NCBI GenBank assembly: GCA_026393675.1
Contig: JAPKZQ010000030.1
Span: 12,575-76,574 of the forward strand
DNA length: 64,000 nt
Source: Acidobacteriota bacterium
GTDB taxonomy: Bacteria; Acidobacteriota; Vicinamibacteria; Vicinamibacterales; JAKQTR01
Direction of reading: 5' to 3'
Below the pieces are notes generated by a model. The model ran no database searches, had not been told where the DNA came from, and saw only the letters and a list, made by a program, of their open reading frames with translations. Of this stretch, positions 25,268-35,500 are shown piece by piece (the stretch's first letter is position 1; each line of letters opens with the position of its first letter). Both the position numbers and the translations under genes were made by a program.

Positions 25268-28200
25268 TTACTTCTCTGTGACGGGCTCCAGTCCCAGCCG
25301 GCGCGCCTCCGTGTTGAACGCGACGAGATCTCTGACGAGGGCCTGCGTCAGCCGATCGGTCTGCACCCTCAACTCCGCAACCAGGTCCTTGAAGATCGGT
25401 TCCGCGTTGCCGATGGGCCGACCGTCCCCGCGGCTCACCACCGACAGCAGCGAGGCCAGACGGTTGTTGAGTTTGATCGGGAAGTTGAGCGGATCCTGCC
25501 CGCTCTGGTTCTTCACCTGGTAGATCTCCTGTTCGACCGCGCTCAGGCCGTCCGTCAGTTTCCCGCCCGCGGTTTTCAGTGTGGCGTCAGGTGATTTCGA
25601 GAGCCGATCAGCGACCTGCGCTTTGATCGCTCGAATCCGGATGACCGCGTAATTGGCTTCGCTCGTCTTGTCGCGAATCTGGATCGCGAGATCGAACTGG
25701 GCCTGCAGATCCGCGTCGGTCACCTCCTTGAACAGCGGATGACGCCTGACCTTGAACGACTGCGTCTGCGTCCTGCCATCCGCCGTCAGCCTCAGCTGGT
25801 AGGTCCCGGGCGCCGCCATCGGCCCGGTCACACCGCCGCCCCACAGGATCATGCCGGGAAACGACGTCGCGCTCGGGTACCGCAGGTCCCAGGTGGCGCT
25901 CTGCAATCCGACGCCCGTGGCGAGCGGCGCAAGCGCGCCTGCGCCTCCCCGACCACGCCCGCCACCGGCCTGCCCCGCCGTAGCCGCAGGCGAAGGCGGG
26001 CCCGCACCGGCTTCGGGTGCGCCTGCCTGTCCGCCGCGACCGCTCGCCGCCGCGGCTCCGGCTGCCGGCGTGCTGTCGAAGCTGCGCACGACGGTCCCCG
26101 TCTTGTCGAGCACGTCGATCTTCACGCTCTTGACCGGACGCTTGACCCAGTATCGGATCGTCGCCCCGCTGAACGACCGGATCGGATCGTCGGGCGCAAA
26201 CAGGACCACATCCGGCTCCTGAGCGGCGGCCGCGTTGAACTGCCGGAGCGGGGCGATGTCGTCGAGAATCCAGAAGGATCGACCGTGCGTGGCAATGGCC
26301 AGGTCCGTCTCCTCCACCCACAGGTCGGACACCTGCACGTCAGGCAGATTCAGCGAGAGCGACTGCCATGTGTCACCGTCATCGTATGAGTAGTACACGC
26401 CGTGCTGCGTACCCGCATAGAGCATCGCGCGCCGCTTGTGGTCCTCGCGAATGGTGTGGGTGAAGTCGTTGGGCTTGAGCCCGTTGATGATTTTCGTCCA
26501 CGTCTTGCCGAAGTCGTGCGTCCGGAAGAGGTACGGCGCATGGTCGCCCAGCAGGGGGCGCTTCACCGCGGCGTAGGCCGTGCCCGCATCGAAGGCCGAC
26601 GCATCGATGATGCTGACGCGCCCGAAGTCGGGCATGCCGGGCGGGGTCACGTTGGTCCATGTCTTGCCGCCATCGCGGGTGACATGAATCATCCCGTCGT
26701 CTGAGCCAGTCCAGATGACGTTGACGTCGACTTTCGAAGGCGCCAGGGTAAAAACCGTCGCGTACACTTCTGGCCCGTTCATATCCCGGGTGATCGGCCC
26801 CCCGGAGGGCCCGAGCGTCTTCGGATCATGCCGCGTCAGGTCGCCGCTGATCTTCGTCCACGTCTGCCCGCCGTTGGTCGTTTTCCACACGTGCTGCGTC
26901 GCGGTAAAGAGGACCGTCGGATCGACGGGAGAGAAGACGATCGGAAAGGTCCACTGGACACGCTCGACGAGCGCGCTCGATGGTTCACCCGAGAACATGC
27001 GCGGATAGGGATGCACCTCGCGGCTCTGGCCCGTGCGGCGATTGGTCCACACGAGAAACGACCCGTTGTTGCCGCCCGAGAAGAACACGTCGGGGTCCTT
27101 CGGATCGGGCGCAATGAAGGCGGGTTCGGCACCGCCGGGGCTGTAGGCGAGCGACTGCGGCGTGGCGGCCGCGCCGCCCCGGCCTCCGCCGCCTCCGCGG
27201 CCTCCACCCCCTGGCATCTCATTCGGGAGACACACCGTGCTGCCATCCTGCTGGGCACCGCAGACGTGATACGGCAGGTGCTTCGTCGTGATGACGTGGT
27301 AGTACTGCGCTGTCGGATAATCGCGCGCGGTGAAGGGCTGCGCGCCAGTGTAGGTGACGGCGCCACCGCTGTCGCTCGCGTGGAGAATGTGCTTCGAGTC
27401 GGCTGGGTCGATCCACAGATCGTGTGAATCGCCGCCCGCAAAACTGGTGAGGGTCTTGCCGCCGTCGGTTGACTTGAACGTCCCGACATTGAGGGCATAG
27501 ACCACATCCCGGATGTTGGGATCCGCGGTGATGTGCGTATAGTAGAAGGCCCGTTGCCGGATATTGCGGCCACTGTTCACCAGTTGCCACGTCGCGCCGC
27601 CATCGTCCGAACTGAAGAGCCCCCCGTTCTCGTGTTCGACAATCGCGTACACCCGGTTCGAGTCCGCGCCTGAGACCGACACGCCGATGCGGCCGACCAC
27701 GCCTGGCGGCAGTCCGGGGTTGTGGGTGATCTCGGTCCAGGTCTCTCCGCCGTCGGTCGACTTGAAGAGGCCGCTTCCGGGACCGCCGCTCGACATCTGG
27801 TACTCAACCCGGTACGCCTCCCACAATGACGCGAAGATCACGTTCGGATTACGCCGGTCAATCCAGAGATCGGCCGCGCCCGTCTTGTCGTTGCGGAAGA
27901 GGACCTTTCGCCACGTCGTGCCGCCGTCGGTGCTTTTAAAGACGCCGCGCTCGGCGTTGGGCACGCCGTGCTTGCCGAACGCCGCCACGAACACGATGTC
28001 CGGATTGGTCGGGTGGATGCGGATCTTCGAGATGTTCTCGGTCTCGCGCAGGCCAACGTGCGCCCACGTCTTGCCGGCGTCAGTGGACTTGTACACACCA
28101 TCGCCGGGCTGGACGTCGCCGCGAATGCACGCCTCGCCGGTGCCGATGAACACGACATCAGGTTTGGTTTCGGCCACCGCCACGGCACCAACCGATGAGC

Positions 28201-28507
28201 TGGTCATCTGGCCATCAGTCACCGGTGCCCAGTTCTCGCCACCGTCCGTCGTCTTCCAGAGCCCTCCACCAGTGGCGCCGAAGTACCCGTCTTTCGGCCG
28301 TCCGACGACACCGGAGACTGTGAGCGAGCGGCCGCCCCGATCGGGGCCGATGCTGCGCCACTTGAAGGCCGCGAGCAGCGCCTGGTCGGCGCCAGTCGCG
28401 GCGTTCGCCTGTGGCGGCTCGGCCCGCAGCGCGAGACCAAAGAACCCGGAAACCGCGAGGGCAGTCAACACGATGAGGCAGACGACCAAGTGACGGGCTC
28501 GCACCAT
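25268..28507 (-). CDS. Secreted sortilin/VPS10-type BNR (Asp-box) repeat protein (1079 aa)
   Basis: It has a signal peptide and many Asp-box-like repeats (STDGGENW, STDAGKTW, STDGGTTW, STDGGETW, SDDGGATW, STDGGKT, TTNGGQTW, TRDGGKTW, THDFGKTW, SYDDGDTW). Confidence 0.88.
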   Translation of the reverse strand: MVRARHLVVCLIVLTALAVSGFFGLALRAEPPQANAATGADQALLAAFKWRSIGPDRGGRSLTVSGVVGRPKDGYFGATGGGLWKTTDGGENWAPVTDGQMTSSSVGAVAVAETKPDVVFIGTGEACIRGDVQPGDGVYKSTDAGKTWAHVGLRETENISKIRIHPTNPDIVFVAAFGKHGVPNAERGVFKSTDGGTTWRKVLFRNDKTGAADLWIDRRNPNVIFASLWEAYRVEYQMSSGGPGSGLFKSTDGGETWTEITHNPGLPPGVVGRIGVSVSGADSNRVYAIVEHENGGLFSSDDGGATWQLVNSGRNIRQRAFYYTHITADPNIRDVVYALNVGTFKSTDGGKTLTSFAGGDSHDLWIDPADSKHILHASDSGGAVTYTGAQPFTARDYPTAQYYHVITTKHLPYHVCGAQQDGSTVCLPNEMPGGGGRGGGGGRGGAAATPQSLAYSPGGAEPAFIAPDPKDPDVFFSGGNNGSFLVWTNRRTGQSREVHPYPRMFSGEPSSALVERVQWTFPIVFSPVDPTVLFTATQHVWKTTNGGQTWTKISGDLTRHDPKTLGPSGGPITRDMNGPEVYATVFTLAPSKVDVNVIWTGSDDGMIHVTRDGGKTWTNVTPPGMPDFGRVSIIDASAFDAGTAYAAVKRPLLGDHAPYLFRTHDFGKTWTKIINGLKPNDFTHTIREDHKRRAMLYAGTQHGVYYSYDDGDTWQSLSLNLPDVQVSDLWVEETDLAIATHGRSFWILDDIAPLRQFNAAAAQEPDVVLFAPDDPIRSFSGATIRYWVKRPVKSVKIDVLDKTGTVVRSFDSTPAAGAAAASGRGGQAGAPEAGAGPPSPAATAGQAGGGRGRGGAGALAPLATGVGLQSATWDLRYPSATSFPGMILWGGGVTGPMAAPGTYQLRLTADGRTQTQSFKVRRHPLFKEVTDADLQAQFDLAIQIRDKTSEANYAVIRIRAIKAQVADRLSKSPDATLKTAGGKLTDGLSAVEQEIYQVKNQSGQDPLNFPIKLNNRLASLLSVVSRGDGRPIGNAEPIFKDLVAELRVQTDRLTQALVRDLVAFNTEARRLGLEPVTEK

Positions 28508-28752
28508 GACGGATCCTCCTGGGGAAAGTAGACGAATTCTATCTCAACCGACCGGCGCCGGATGTTTGTGTGCAAACGCGCCGTGCAATCCGGCAGGTGC
28601 CGGCTCCGGGGTTCCGTATAATCCGTGTCGATGCCGAGCGGCCACGCTTCATGCCCGACTGACGCACTCACCACGGTGATGGCGGTGCACACGCCTGCGG
28701 TGTCGGGCCGAGGCTCGCCCAGGCGAACGACGGAAGACTGCGAGGAGATGCC

Positions 28753-29856
28753 ATGCGAATGAGGCGGGCGGCAACAGCTGTCGTACTTCTGGCGGTCGGC
28801 GTGAACCTGCGCGCGCAGGAGACAGCAGGGCCGCGCCCATCGACGTTCCAGCAGGAAGAGTTGAGTGTGGCCGAGCGGCGCACTGCCATCAACGGGGCGC
28901 TGGCGCGGGTCTCGGACCCGACCATGCGATCGGTCGTGAGCGGCCCGACACCGACCTTTCTGCTCGAGGCCGGGGCAACGTCGAAGACCGCAGCGGCTCG
29001 CGTCGGGTTCCAGTATCGGGACCTTCTGCTCGACCTGAAACTGCAGGGCCTGGTCGACAGCAACAGCGGGCAGGCGGTGCTGGCCGACCTCGGTGGGCTG
29101 CGCAACAAGTCGACGGCGGAGTTCGGCGTCCTGTGGGCCAGTTACCCGCGGAGCATTCCGCTGCGCCTCCTCGAGGCCGCCTGCGCCAACTACGAATCAA
29201 CGTCACGGCAGGCCCTCGCGCCTGCACGATGCACCATGCCGGAGTTGCGCGCCGCTAAACGGGAGGCGATGTCGGGCGCGCCCGGCGAACCCGCAGAACC
29301 ACTGGTAGATAGCGTCTTGCGTCTTCTCGAACCGCGGCGCCTCTTTCTGGCCGGGCTGAGCTACAAGGTCGGGCCTGAACGGTTTACGTTTGCGCCGACG
29401 CTATCCGCCGCCGGCGCGAGCGAAAGCCGGATGAACTGGTCGGTCTCAGCGCGAGCAGGCCTCGTCACCGGTCCGACCTTGTCGATTGGTGCCGAGTACC
29501 TGCACGAAGTCGACCATGACGCCGCCGAGATCCGGCACATCTGTGTCCCGGTCGACGGCGCCGACATCCTGGAGTGCTCTGACAAGGTGGTGGGCGCGCC
29601 CACAGGGCGTCATCGGGAAATTGCACGGGTGGAACTCCGGAAGTTCCTGGGCTCCAGGCTCGCGGTGAATCCGCGCTTTTCGGTCAACATGGCGTCCGGG
29701 ACGATCGGCTTCGACGTGCCGCTGTACTTCCTCCAGAGCGGCAAGGGCGGGCTGGCCGGCGGTGTGACCGTGGGATGGCGGCGATCACGCACGGACGGCC
29801 ACACGCTGGAGGTGCAGGCCTTTGTCGGCCAGGTGTTCGGCCTCATCCTTAAGTGA
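28753..29856 (+). CDS. Hypothetical secreted/outer-membrane protein (367 aa)
   Basis: It has a signal peptide (AATAVVLLAVGVNLRAQE). The composition is beta-rich with no recognisable catalytic motif. Confidence 0.6.
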   Translation: MRMRRAATAVVLLAVGVNLRAQETAGPRPSTFQQEELSVAERRTAINGALARVSDPTMRSVVSGPTPTFLLEAGATSKTAAARVGFQYRDLLLDLKLQGLVDSNSGQAVLADLGGLRNKSTAEFGVLWASYPRSIPLRLLEAACANYESTSRQALAPARCTMPELRAAKREAMSGAPGEPAEPLVDSVLRLLEPRRLFLAGLSYKVGPERFTFAPTLSAAGASESRMNWSVSARAGLVTGPTLSIGAEYLHEVDHDAAEIRHICVPVDGADILECSDKVVGAPTGRHREIARVELRKFLGSRLAVNPRFSVNMASGTIGFDVPLYFLQSGKGGLAGGVTVGWRRSRTDGHTLEVQAFVGQVFGLILK

Positions 29857-29907
29857 CCATCCCCCACCGCCTATCGCCTCACGCCCCGCGCCTAGTAGAA
29901 TCCCTTC

Positions 29908-31062
29908 GTGGCCGCCGTGACCATTCTGGCCGACGAGAACATCCCCTTCGCGCGCGAGGCGTTTGCGACGCTCGGCGAGGTACGCCTGTCGCACGGGCGC
30001 CGGATCACGCGCGATCATCTTCGTGATGTCGACCTGCTCGTCGTCCGTTCCGTCACTCGCGTGGACGAGCCATTGCTGGCCGGCACCCGCGTACGATTCG
30101 TGGGCACGGCCACGTCGGGCTATGACCACGTGGTGGTCGATGATCTCGCACGGCGGGATATCGCGTTCTACGTCGCGCTCGGCTGCAACGCCAACGCGGT
30201 GGCCGAATACATGGCAACGGCATGGCTGACGCTGGCTCGCCGTCGCGGATGTTCGCTCGCCGGCCGACACGTAGGCGTCATCGGCGTCGGGCACGTCGGG
30301 TCGCTGGTCGTAGATAAGGTCAGGGCGTTCGGCATGGTGCCGGTCCTGAACGACCCGCCAAAGGCGCGCGACACCGGGAGCGACACCTACCGTCCGATCG
30401 ACGAACTCCTCGACTGCGACATCATCACGTGTCACACGCCACTGACGTACGACGGGCCGGATCCCACGTATCGGCTCATTGGCGAGGGTTTCTTCTCGGG
30501 CCTGAAGCAGGGCGCGTGGTTCTGCAGCACCGGGAGGGGTGAGGTGGTCGACGAGGTGGCACTCGATCGCGCGCTGGATCGGGGTCGCCTCGGCGCGACG
30601 ATTCTCGATGTGTGGGACCACGAGCCGGCCATCGACGGACGGCTCGTCGCGCGTGTCGACATCGGCACGCCGCACATCGCCGGGTATTCGCTCGAAGGCA
30701 AGCTCAACGGCACGGCCATGGTGTACGACGCCGCCTGCCGCTTCCTCGGGGTCGAGCCGAGTTGGAACGCCACAGCGGCGGCGCCGCCGCCGCCCGTCCC
30801 GCAGCTCACCATCGCCGCCGCGGGACGAGACGAGGTGGACGTGCTGGCGGAAGCTGTTACGGCCGTGTATCCGATCGCGCGCGACCACGAGGCGCTACGC
30901 CGAACGGCGGAGATGACACCTGTCGAACGTGGTCTGGTCTTCGACGACTTGCGCAGGACATATCCGATGCGCCGGGAGTTCCGTCAGACGGCGGTCGCGG
31001 TGACCGGCGGTTCGTCCGTACTCGCCAGCATGCTGCGCGGACTCCAGTTCCGCACGTCCTGA
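29908..31062 (+). CDS. pdxB: 4-phosphoerythronate dehydrogenase
   Basis: GTG start. The N-terminus ILADENIPFAREAF..LGEV....GR.I....L.DVDLLVVRSVTRVDEPLL and the segment FVGTATSGYDHV match the PdxB pattern. A D-2-hydroxyacid dehydrogenase core and a PdxB-type C-terminal dimerisation extension are present. Confidence 0.75.
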   Translation: MAAVTILADENIPFAREAFATLGEVRLSHGRRITRDHLRDVDLLVVRSVTRVDEPLLAGTRVRFVGTATSGYDHVVVDDLARRDIAFYVALGCNANAVAEYMATAWLTLARRRGCSLAGRHVGVIGVGHVGSLVVDKVRAFGMVPVLNDPPKARDTGSDTYRPIDELLDCDIITCHTPLTYDGPDPTYRLIGEGFFSGLKQGAWFCSTGRGEVVDEVALDRALDRGRLGATILDVWDHEPAIDGRLVARVDIGTPHIAGYSLEGKLNGTAMVYDAACRFLGVEPSWNATAAAPPPPVPQLTIAAAGRDEVDVLAEAVTAVYPIARDHEALRRTAEMTPVERGLVFDDLRRTYPMRREFRQTAVAVTGGSSVLASMLRGLQFRTS

Positions 31063-31091
31063 CGCGTCGGCTGGGCGTGGGGCGACCGGAA

Positions 31092-34000
31092 CTACGGAAC
31101 GGGGTTGTCGAGTTGCTCCCGGACTTTGTTGGCCAGGGCTGCCGGCGTAAACGGTTTGGCGAGAAACGCGAACGGCCCGGCTCCGACTTCCTGGCGGAAC
31201 ACCTGGTCGTCGGTGTAGCCCGAGACGAACAGCACCTTCAGATCGGGCCGGCGGGACCGCAGATGGCTGGCCAGTTCGGTCCCCCGCATCTGCGGCATCA
31301 CGATGTCGGTCACGAGCATGTCGATTGGTCCCTGATGCGCCGCTTCGAACTGCAGGGCGTCCGAACCGCTTGCCGCTTCGAACACCTCATAACCGCGCTG
31401 GCGCAGGATCGTGGCCGCAAGCCTGCGCACCTGCACCTCGTCTTCCACCAGCAGCACCACCTCGCGCCCCCTGGGCAACTCGGCCTGCGTCTCGGGCATC
31501 TCCGCGGGCTGGTCCTGGACCCGGGCCACGGGCAGGTCGATGTGAAACGCCGTGCCGCGACCTGACGCGGTGTCGATAGTGATCTGCCCCCGCGCCTGCT
31601 TGACGATGCCATAGCAGGTCGCCAGACCGAGCCCGGTTCCCTTGCCGGCTTCCTTCGTCGTGAAAAACGGGTCGAACACGTGAGCGGCCGTGTGGGCATC
31701 CATGCCGGTGCCCGTATCAACCACCGACAGCCTGACGTACGCGCCCGGAGGCGTGTCCGGCTCACGCGTCGGGTCGCTCTCCGCAATCCCGACGTTCGCG
31801 GTGCGAAGCGTCAGCGTGCCACCGTTCGGCATCGCGTCTCGCGCATTGACCGCCATATTAACCAGCACTTGTTCGATTTGCGCAGGATCGACAAACACGG
31901 CCGCGGCATCAGGCGTCATGATCGTCACCAGCTCGACGTGCTCGCCGATCAGACGCCGCAGCATGCGATCGGTCTTGAGCACCAGGTCGTTGAGATTCGT
32001 CGTCCGCGGCTCGACAATCTGCTTGCGGGCGAACGCCAGCAACTGACGGGTGAGCTTTTCCGCGCGCTCGGCCGCAATCCGAATCTGCTCGACCTCGCCG
32101 TGGCGCTCGTCCCCGTGCTCCAGGGCATCGTCGAGTAGCGAAGCATTGCCCATGATGACGGTCAAAAGATTGTTGAAGTCGTGCGCAACGCCTCCCGCCA
32201 GACGCCCGACGCTCTCCATCTTGTGAGCCTGGCGAAGCTGCGCTTCGAGGCGGCGTTGCGCGGTGACATCGAGGATCTGCCAGACCAGCGCAGGCTTTCC
32301 GCCAATCTCGATCCGCGCGGCGTACGTAACGACGTCGGCGACCTCGCCCGACTTGCGGCGCAGCGATGTCTCGACCCAGTGCTGGGCATCAGGGCCGCTG
32401 AGAGCCGACACGACCGCAGATCGATCCTCCGGCCGAAGCCACAGGCCAATGTCGGTTGCTGTCCGGCCGATCACCCCGTCGCGCGCGAACCCAAAGTTCC
32501 GGACAAACGCCTCGTTGATGTCGACGAAGCGTCCCTCGTCGACCGACGAGATCGCGGAGGCCAGCGGACTGGAATGGAAGATCTGGCTGAACCTCTGCTC
32601 TCGTTCCTGGAGCTCGCGGCGATGACGCCGACGGCGAATACCGATGCTGACGGCAAGACCGAGGCTGATGGCACCCAGCGTCGCCATCGGCAGGTAGAAC
32701 GTCGGGCGAAGATAGAACGGCTGAGCAATGGGCACGGAAATCGTCGTCACTGGCCCGGGGTGCCCAAGCAGGCCTTTCGCCTGGATCCGAACAGCATGGT
32801 CTCCCGAGGCGAGCGAGCCGAACCTTCGTGTCCGTTCGGTCGACCACAGGGTCCAGGGGCCGTCATCAATCTGTACGCGAGTCGGCACGTCGGATGACGC
32901 AAGCTCGCCCCACCACGCAAACGCACGCCAGCTCACCTGGACCGCGTTCGCTTCGGTCACCGGCGCCTCGTTGATCACGATCGGGGGCGGCGACGGCTTC
33001 AGGAGACTGAGAACGGCCAGACCACCGCCGCTGGTCCCGACGTAGGCGTGGTCCGTCTCTGGCAGCACAGGCCACACCCTCGTGCTGCGCAATCCAGCGC
33101 CCGCGTCGAATGTGGTCCAGTTGCCGTTCTCGAAAAGCGACAGGCCCCCGAGGCAGGAGACCCACAACCGACCCTTCACATCGGAGCGCACCGCCCAGAC
33201 GTCATCGCTCGCCAACCCATCGACGCTCGAGAAGTAGCGGAGCGTGTCACCCTGTAACCGGCCAAGGCCCCCCTTGATCTGATGGCCGAACCACACCGTC
33301 CCCGACGATTCAATCGCCAGGCTGAATACCCTGTCGACCAGAAGTCCCTCGGCGCTGGCCCAGTGACGCCACTGGCCGCGGTAGAAGCGGCTCAGTCCCC
33401 CGCCCGTACCAAACCAGAACGCGCCATCCGGCCCTTCCGCGAAGGCATAGACCCTGCCGTTCTTCAGGCCTTCGGCAACGCCCCAGCGCGCGATGCGGCC
33501 GTCGGGCCCGAGCCGAAAGGCACCGGGGCCTTCGGCAGGCGGCGGCCCGCCGGGGCCAGCCGTCGCCGCGATGCCCAGGAACCACACGCCGCCGCTCGAA
33601 TCAGTGGCCACCCGATGGACGTAGCTGCGGTCCAGCAGGGGGTCGTCGGTCAACCGATGCCAACCCGTCCGATCCAGCCACCGCACGCCAGTAAAACTGG
33701 CCCCGCTCGAGATCCAGAGGCGATCGCGTGTGTCCCGTACAACGCCAGTCACCGCGCCGAGGAACTCCCCACCAACCCGATCGATATGTTCGGTGGCGTT
33801 GGTGCCCCGCTGCACGCGAACGAGCCCGTTGGCGGTCGCCAGCCACAGGCCGTCGTGGCCGCGATAGATCTCGTTGACGCCGTTGCGGCCGTCGGCCGAT
33901 GGGAACGACAGGAAGGACCATCGGACGGCCGAATGGATGTAGAGGAACAGGCCGTGGTCCGAGGCCACCCAGACATCGCCATTTGCTCGAACCCCGATCC

Positions 34001-34877
34001 CGTGCGCGTCAGTGATCTCGGCAAAGCGTGTGGTGAGCGGGCCCCACTCCTGATTACGGAGGACCGTCAGTTCGCCGGTCTGGTGGGCAGCCAGCACATC
34101 GCCGTCGCTATCGACGGCCAGCGAGACCGCCTGACTGAGGATCGGCTGGCGAGTTCCCCGCAGAACGTCTGATGCGTCCCACCGCCACAATCCCCGGACC
34201 GACTGGGGACTCGGAATGTAGGCCCAGGCCCGCCCGTCTGCCAGTTCAACGACGCTGGAGAGGACGTAGGGATCGGTGACGCGCGGCATCCGCGAGTGCC
34301 ACGTCGTGCCATCCCAGCGGTACAGCCCGCGATCGGTGCTGATCCACACTCCCGCCTGGCCCGCCTGGTACAAGCTGAGCACGCGGCCAAAGGGTGCAGC
34401 GGCCTGGTGCGACCGGAACGTCTTGCCGTCCCATTCGTACAGCGCGCCAGTATCCCCAAGCAATAGCAGCGGGCCCTTGCGCACGCCGGCCATGGCCACC
34501 CACTCACGAGCGGCCCCGCGGGTGACGGCCCCTGCTACCCGGACACCGTGTCGGTCGGCGAGCAGGAGTTGGCCCCGGGCGAGCACCGCCACGCCGCTGC
34601 CGGAGATGGCCGCCACGTTGGTTGCCCGGTTCTCGTATCCGGCAGGAAGCGCGACGGGGCGCCATCGGAATCCATCGAAGTACGAGATGTCTCCCCGTGT
34701 GAGCACCCACAACGTGCCATCGCGGGCGTCGACGACGTCGAGCACCATGTCGGAGGGCAGGCCGTCGCGTGTGGTGAATCGGGACCAACGCCAGAGGTCA
34801 CCGGGCGCGGCGGTCTGCGCGGCGGCAGACGATGCCAGCAGAGCGGTCAACAACAGAACGCCAATCATCGTCCGCAT
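31092..34877 (-). CDS. Hybrid sensor histidine kinase/response regulator with a periplasmic two-component-regulator beta-propeller/Y_Y_Y sensor (1261 aa)
   Basis: The likely start is ATG 34877 (MRTMIGVLLLTALLASSAAAQ). About 700 aa of propeller-type repeats are followed by a TM, PAS, H-box (GGVAHDFNNLL), HATPase (VDTGTGMD, GLGLATCYG) and receiver (VLLVEDE...). Confidence 0.88.
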   Translation of the reverse strand: MRTMIGVLLLTALLASSAAAQTAAPGDLWRWSRFTTRDGLPSDMVLDVVDARDGTLWVLTRGDISYFDGFRWRPVALPAGYENRATNVAAISGSGVAVLARGQLLLADRHGVRVAGAVTRGAAREWVAMAGVRKGPLLLLGDTGALYEWDGKTFRSHQAAAPFGRVLSLYQAGQAGVWISTDRGLYRWDGTTWHSRMPRVTDPYVLSSVVELADGRAWAYIPSPQSVRGLWRWDASDVLRGTRQPILSQAVSLAVDSDGDVLAAHQTGELTVLRNQEWGPLTTRFAEITDAHGIGVRANGDVWVASDHGLFLYIHSAVRWSFLSFPSADGRNGVNEIYRGHDGLWLATANGLVRVQRGTNATEHIDRVGGEFLGAVTGVVRDTRDRLWISSGASFTGVRWLDRTGWHRLTDDPLLDRSYVHRVATDSSGGVWFLGIAATAGPGGPPPAEGPGAFRLGPDGRIARWGVAEGLKNGRVYAFAEGPDGAFWFGTGGGLSRFYRGQWRHWASAEGLLVDRVFSLAIESSGTVWFGHQIKGGLGRLQGDTLRYFSSVDGLASDDVWAVRSDVKGRLWVSCLGGLSLFENGNWTTFDAGAGLRSTRVWPVLPETDHAYVGTSGGGLAVLSLLKPSPPPIVINEAPVTEANAVQVSWRAFAWWGELASSDVPTRVQIDDGPWTLWSTERTRRFGSLASGDHAVRIQAKGLLGHPGPVTTISVPIAQPFYLRPTFYLPMATLGAISLGLAVSIGIRRRRHRRELQEREQRFSQIFHSSPLASAISSVDEGRFVDINEAFVRNFGFARDGVIGRTATDIGLWLRPEDRSAVVSALSGPDAQHWVETSLRRKSGEVADVVTYAARIEIGGKPALVWQILDVTAQRRLEAQLRQAHKMESVGRLAGGVAHDFNNLLTVIMGNASLLDDALEHGDERHGEVEQIRIAAERAEKLTRQLLAFARKQIVEPRTTNLNDLVLKTDRMLRRLIGEHVELVTIMTPDAAAVFVDPAQIEQVLVNMAVNARDAMPNGGTLTLRTANVGIAESDPTREPDTPPGAYVRLSVVDTGTGMDAHTAAHVFDPFFTTKEAGKGTGLGLATCYGIVKQARGQITIDTASGRGTAFHIDLPVARVQDQPAEMPETQAELPRGREVVLLVEDEVQVRRLAATILRQRGYEVFEAASGSDALQFEAAHQGPIDMLVTDIVMPQMRGTELASHLRSRRPDLKVLFVSGYTDDQVFRQEVGAGPFAFLAKPFTPAALANKVREQLDNPVP

Positions 34878-35047
34878 GTCGGACCCGCGTAATCGGCACG
34901 AAGCAGAGCTCATCAGTGCTCGTATCATGCCATAGAAGCGGAGGAGTCTCCCTGTGCCGGGACCCACCATTGGCGTGCCCAAAGCCGGCGACGTCGGAGC
35001 CTCGCTCGCTGCCCCGACCTAAACGGTAGGCTCGCGTCGAAGATCGG

Positions 35048-35500
35048 TTGCGCCAACGGCCCTCTCTCTGGTCCAATACGCGCGTGAGCGTCATCCCCGA
35101 CAGTCAACGCAATCTGCTGCGCCTGCTTGCCGGACGTCTTGTGCCAGAGTCGGCGCAACGCTCCCGCACCGAGCACGATGAGATGCTCGCGCTTATCGAC
35201 CAGGCTCTCGCTGACCGGCCGGCCGCCATCCAGCGCCAGTTCTCTCTATTCCTTCACGTGTTGCGTTGGGCACCGGTGGCGCGCTATGGACGCCCGCTCG
35301 ACCGCCTCGCGCCACAGCAGCAGGATTCCGTGTTGCGCTGGTTCCAGGACTTCCCCGTTCAAGTGATTCGAAGCGGATTCTGGGGTGTCCGCACACTGGT
35401 GATGATGAGCTATTACGCCCGCCCCGAAGTGGGCGCATCGATCGGCTACCAACCTTCGGCCGACGGCAACGCGGTGCTCCATGCTCGATCGCGACGCTGA
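35048..35500 (+). CDS. Small subunit-like protein of a GMC-type dehydrogenase (gluconate 2-dehydrogenase subunit 3-like)
   Basis: Size, position immediately upstream of the GMC oxidoreductase (20-nt overlap) and helical composition support this. The start is uncertain (TTG 35048 or GTG 35084). The family assignment comes from memory of genomic context. Confidence 0.5.
   Translation: MRQRPSLWSNTRVSVIPDSQRNLLRLLAGRLVPESAQRSRTEHDEMLALIDQALADRPAAIQRQFSLFLHVLRWAPVARYGRPLDRLAPQQQDSVLRWFQDFPVQVIRSGFWGVRTLVMMSYYARPEVGASIGYQPSADGNAVLHARSRR

Noticed and set aside
28600-28625. A TATAAT hexamer (ttccgtataatccg) in the divergent region 28508-28752, considered as a promoter.
   Set aside because: There is no acceptable -35 element at 16-19 nt spacing on that strand. 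This is too weak to annotate.
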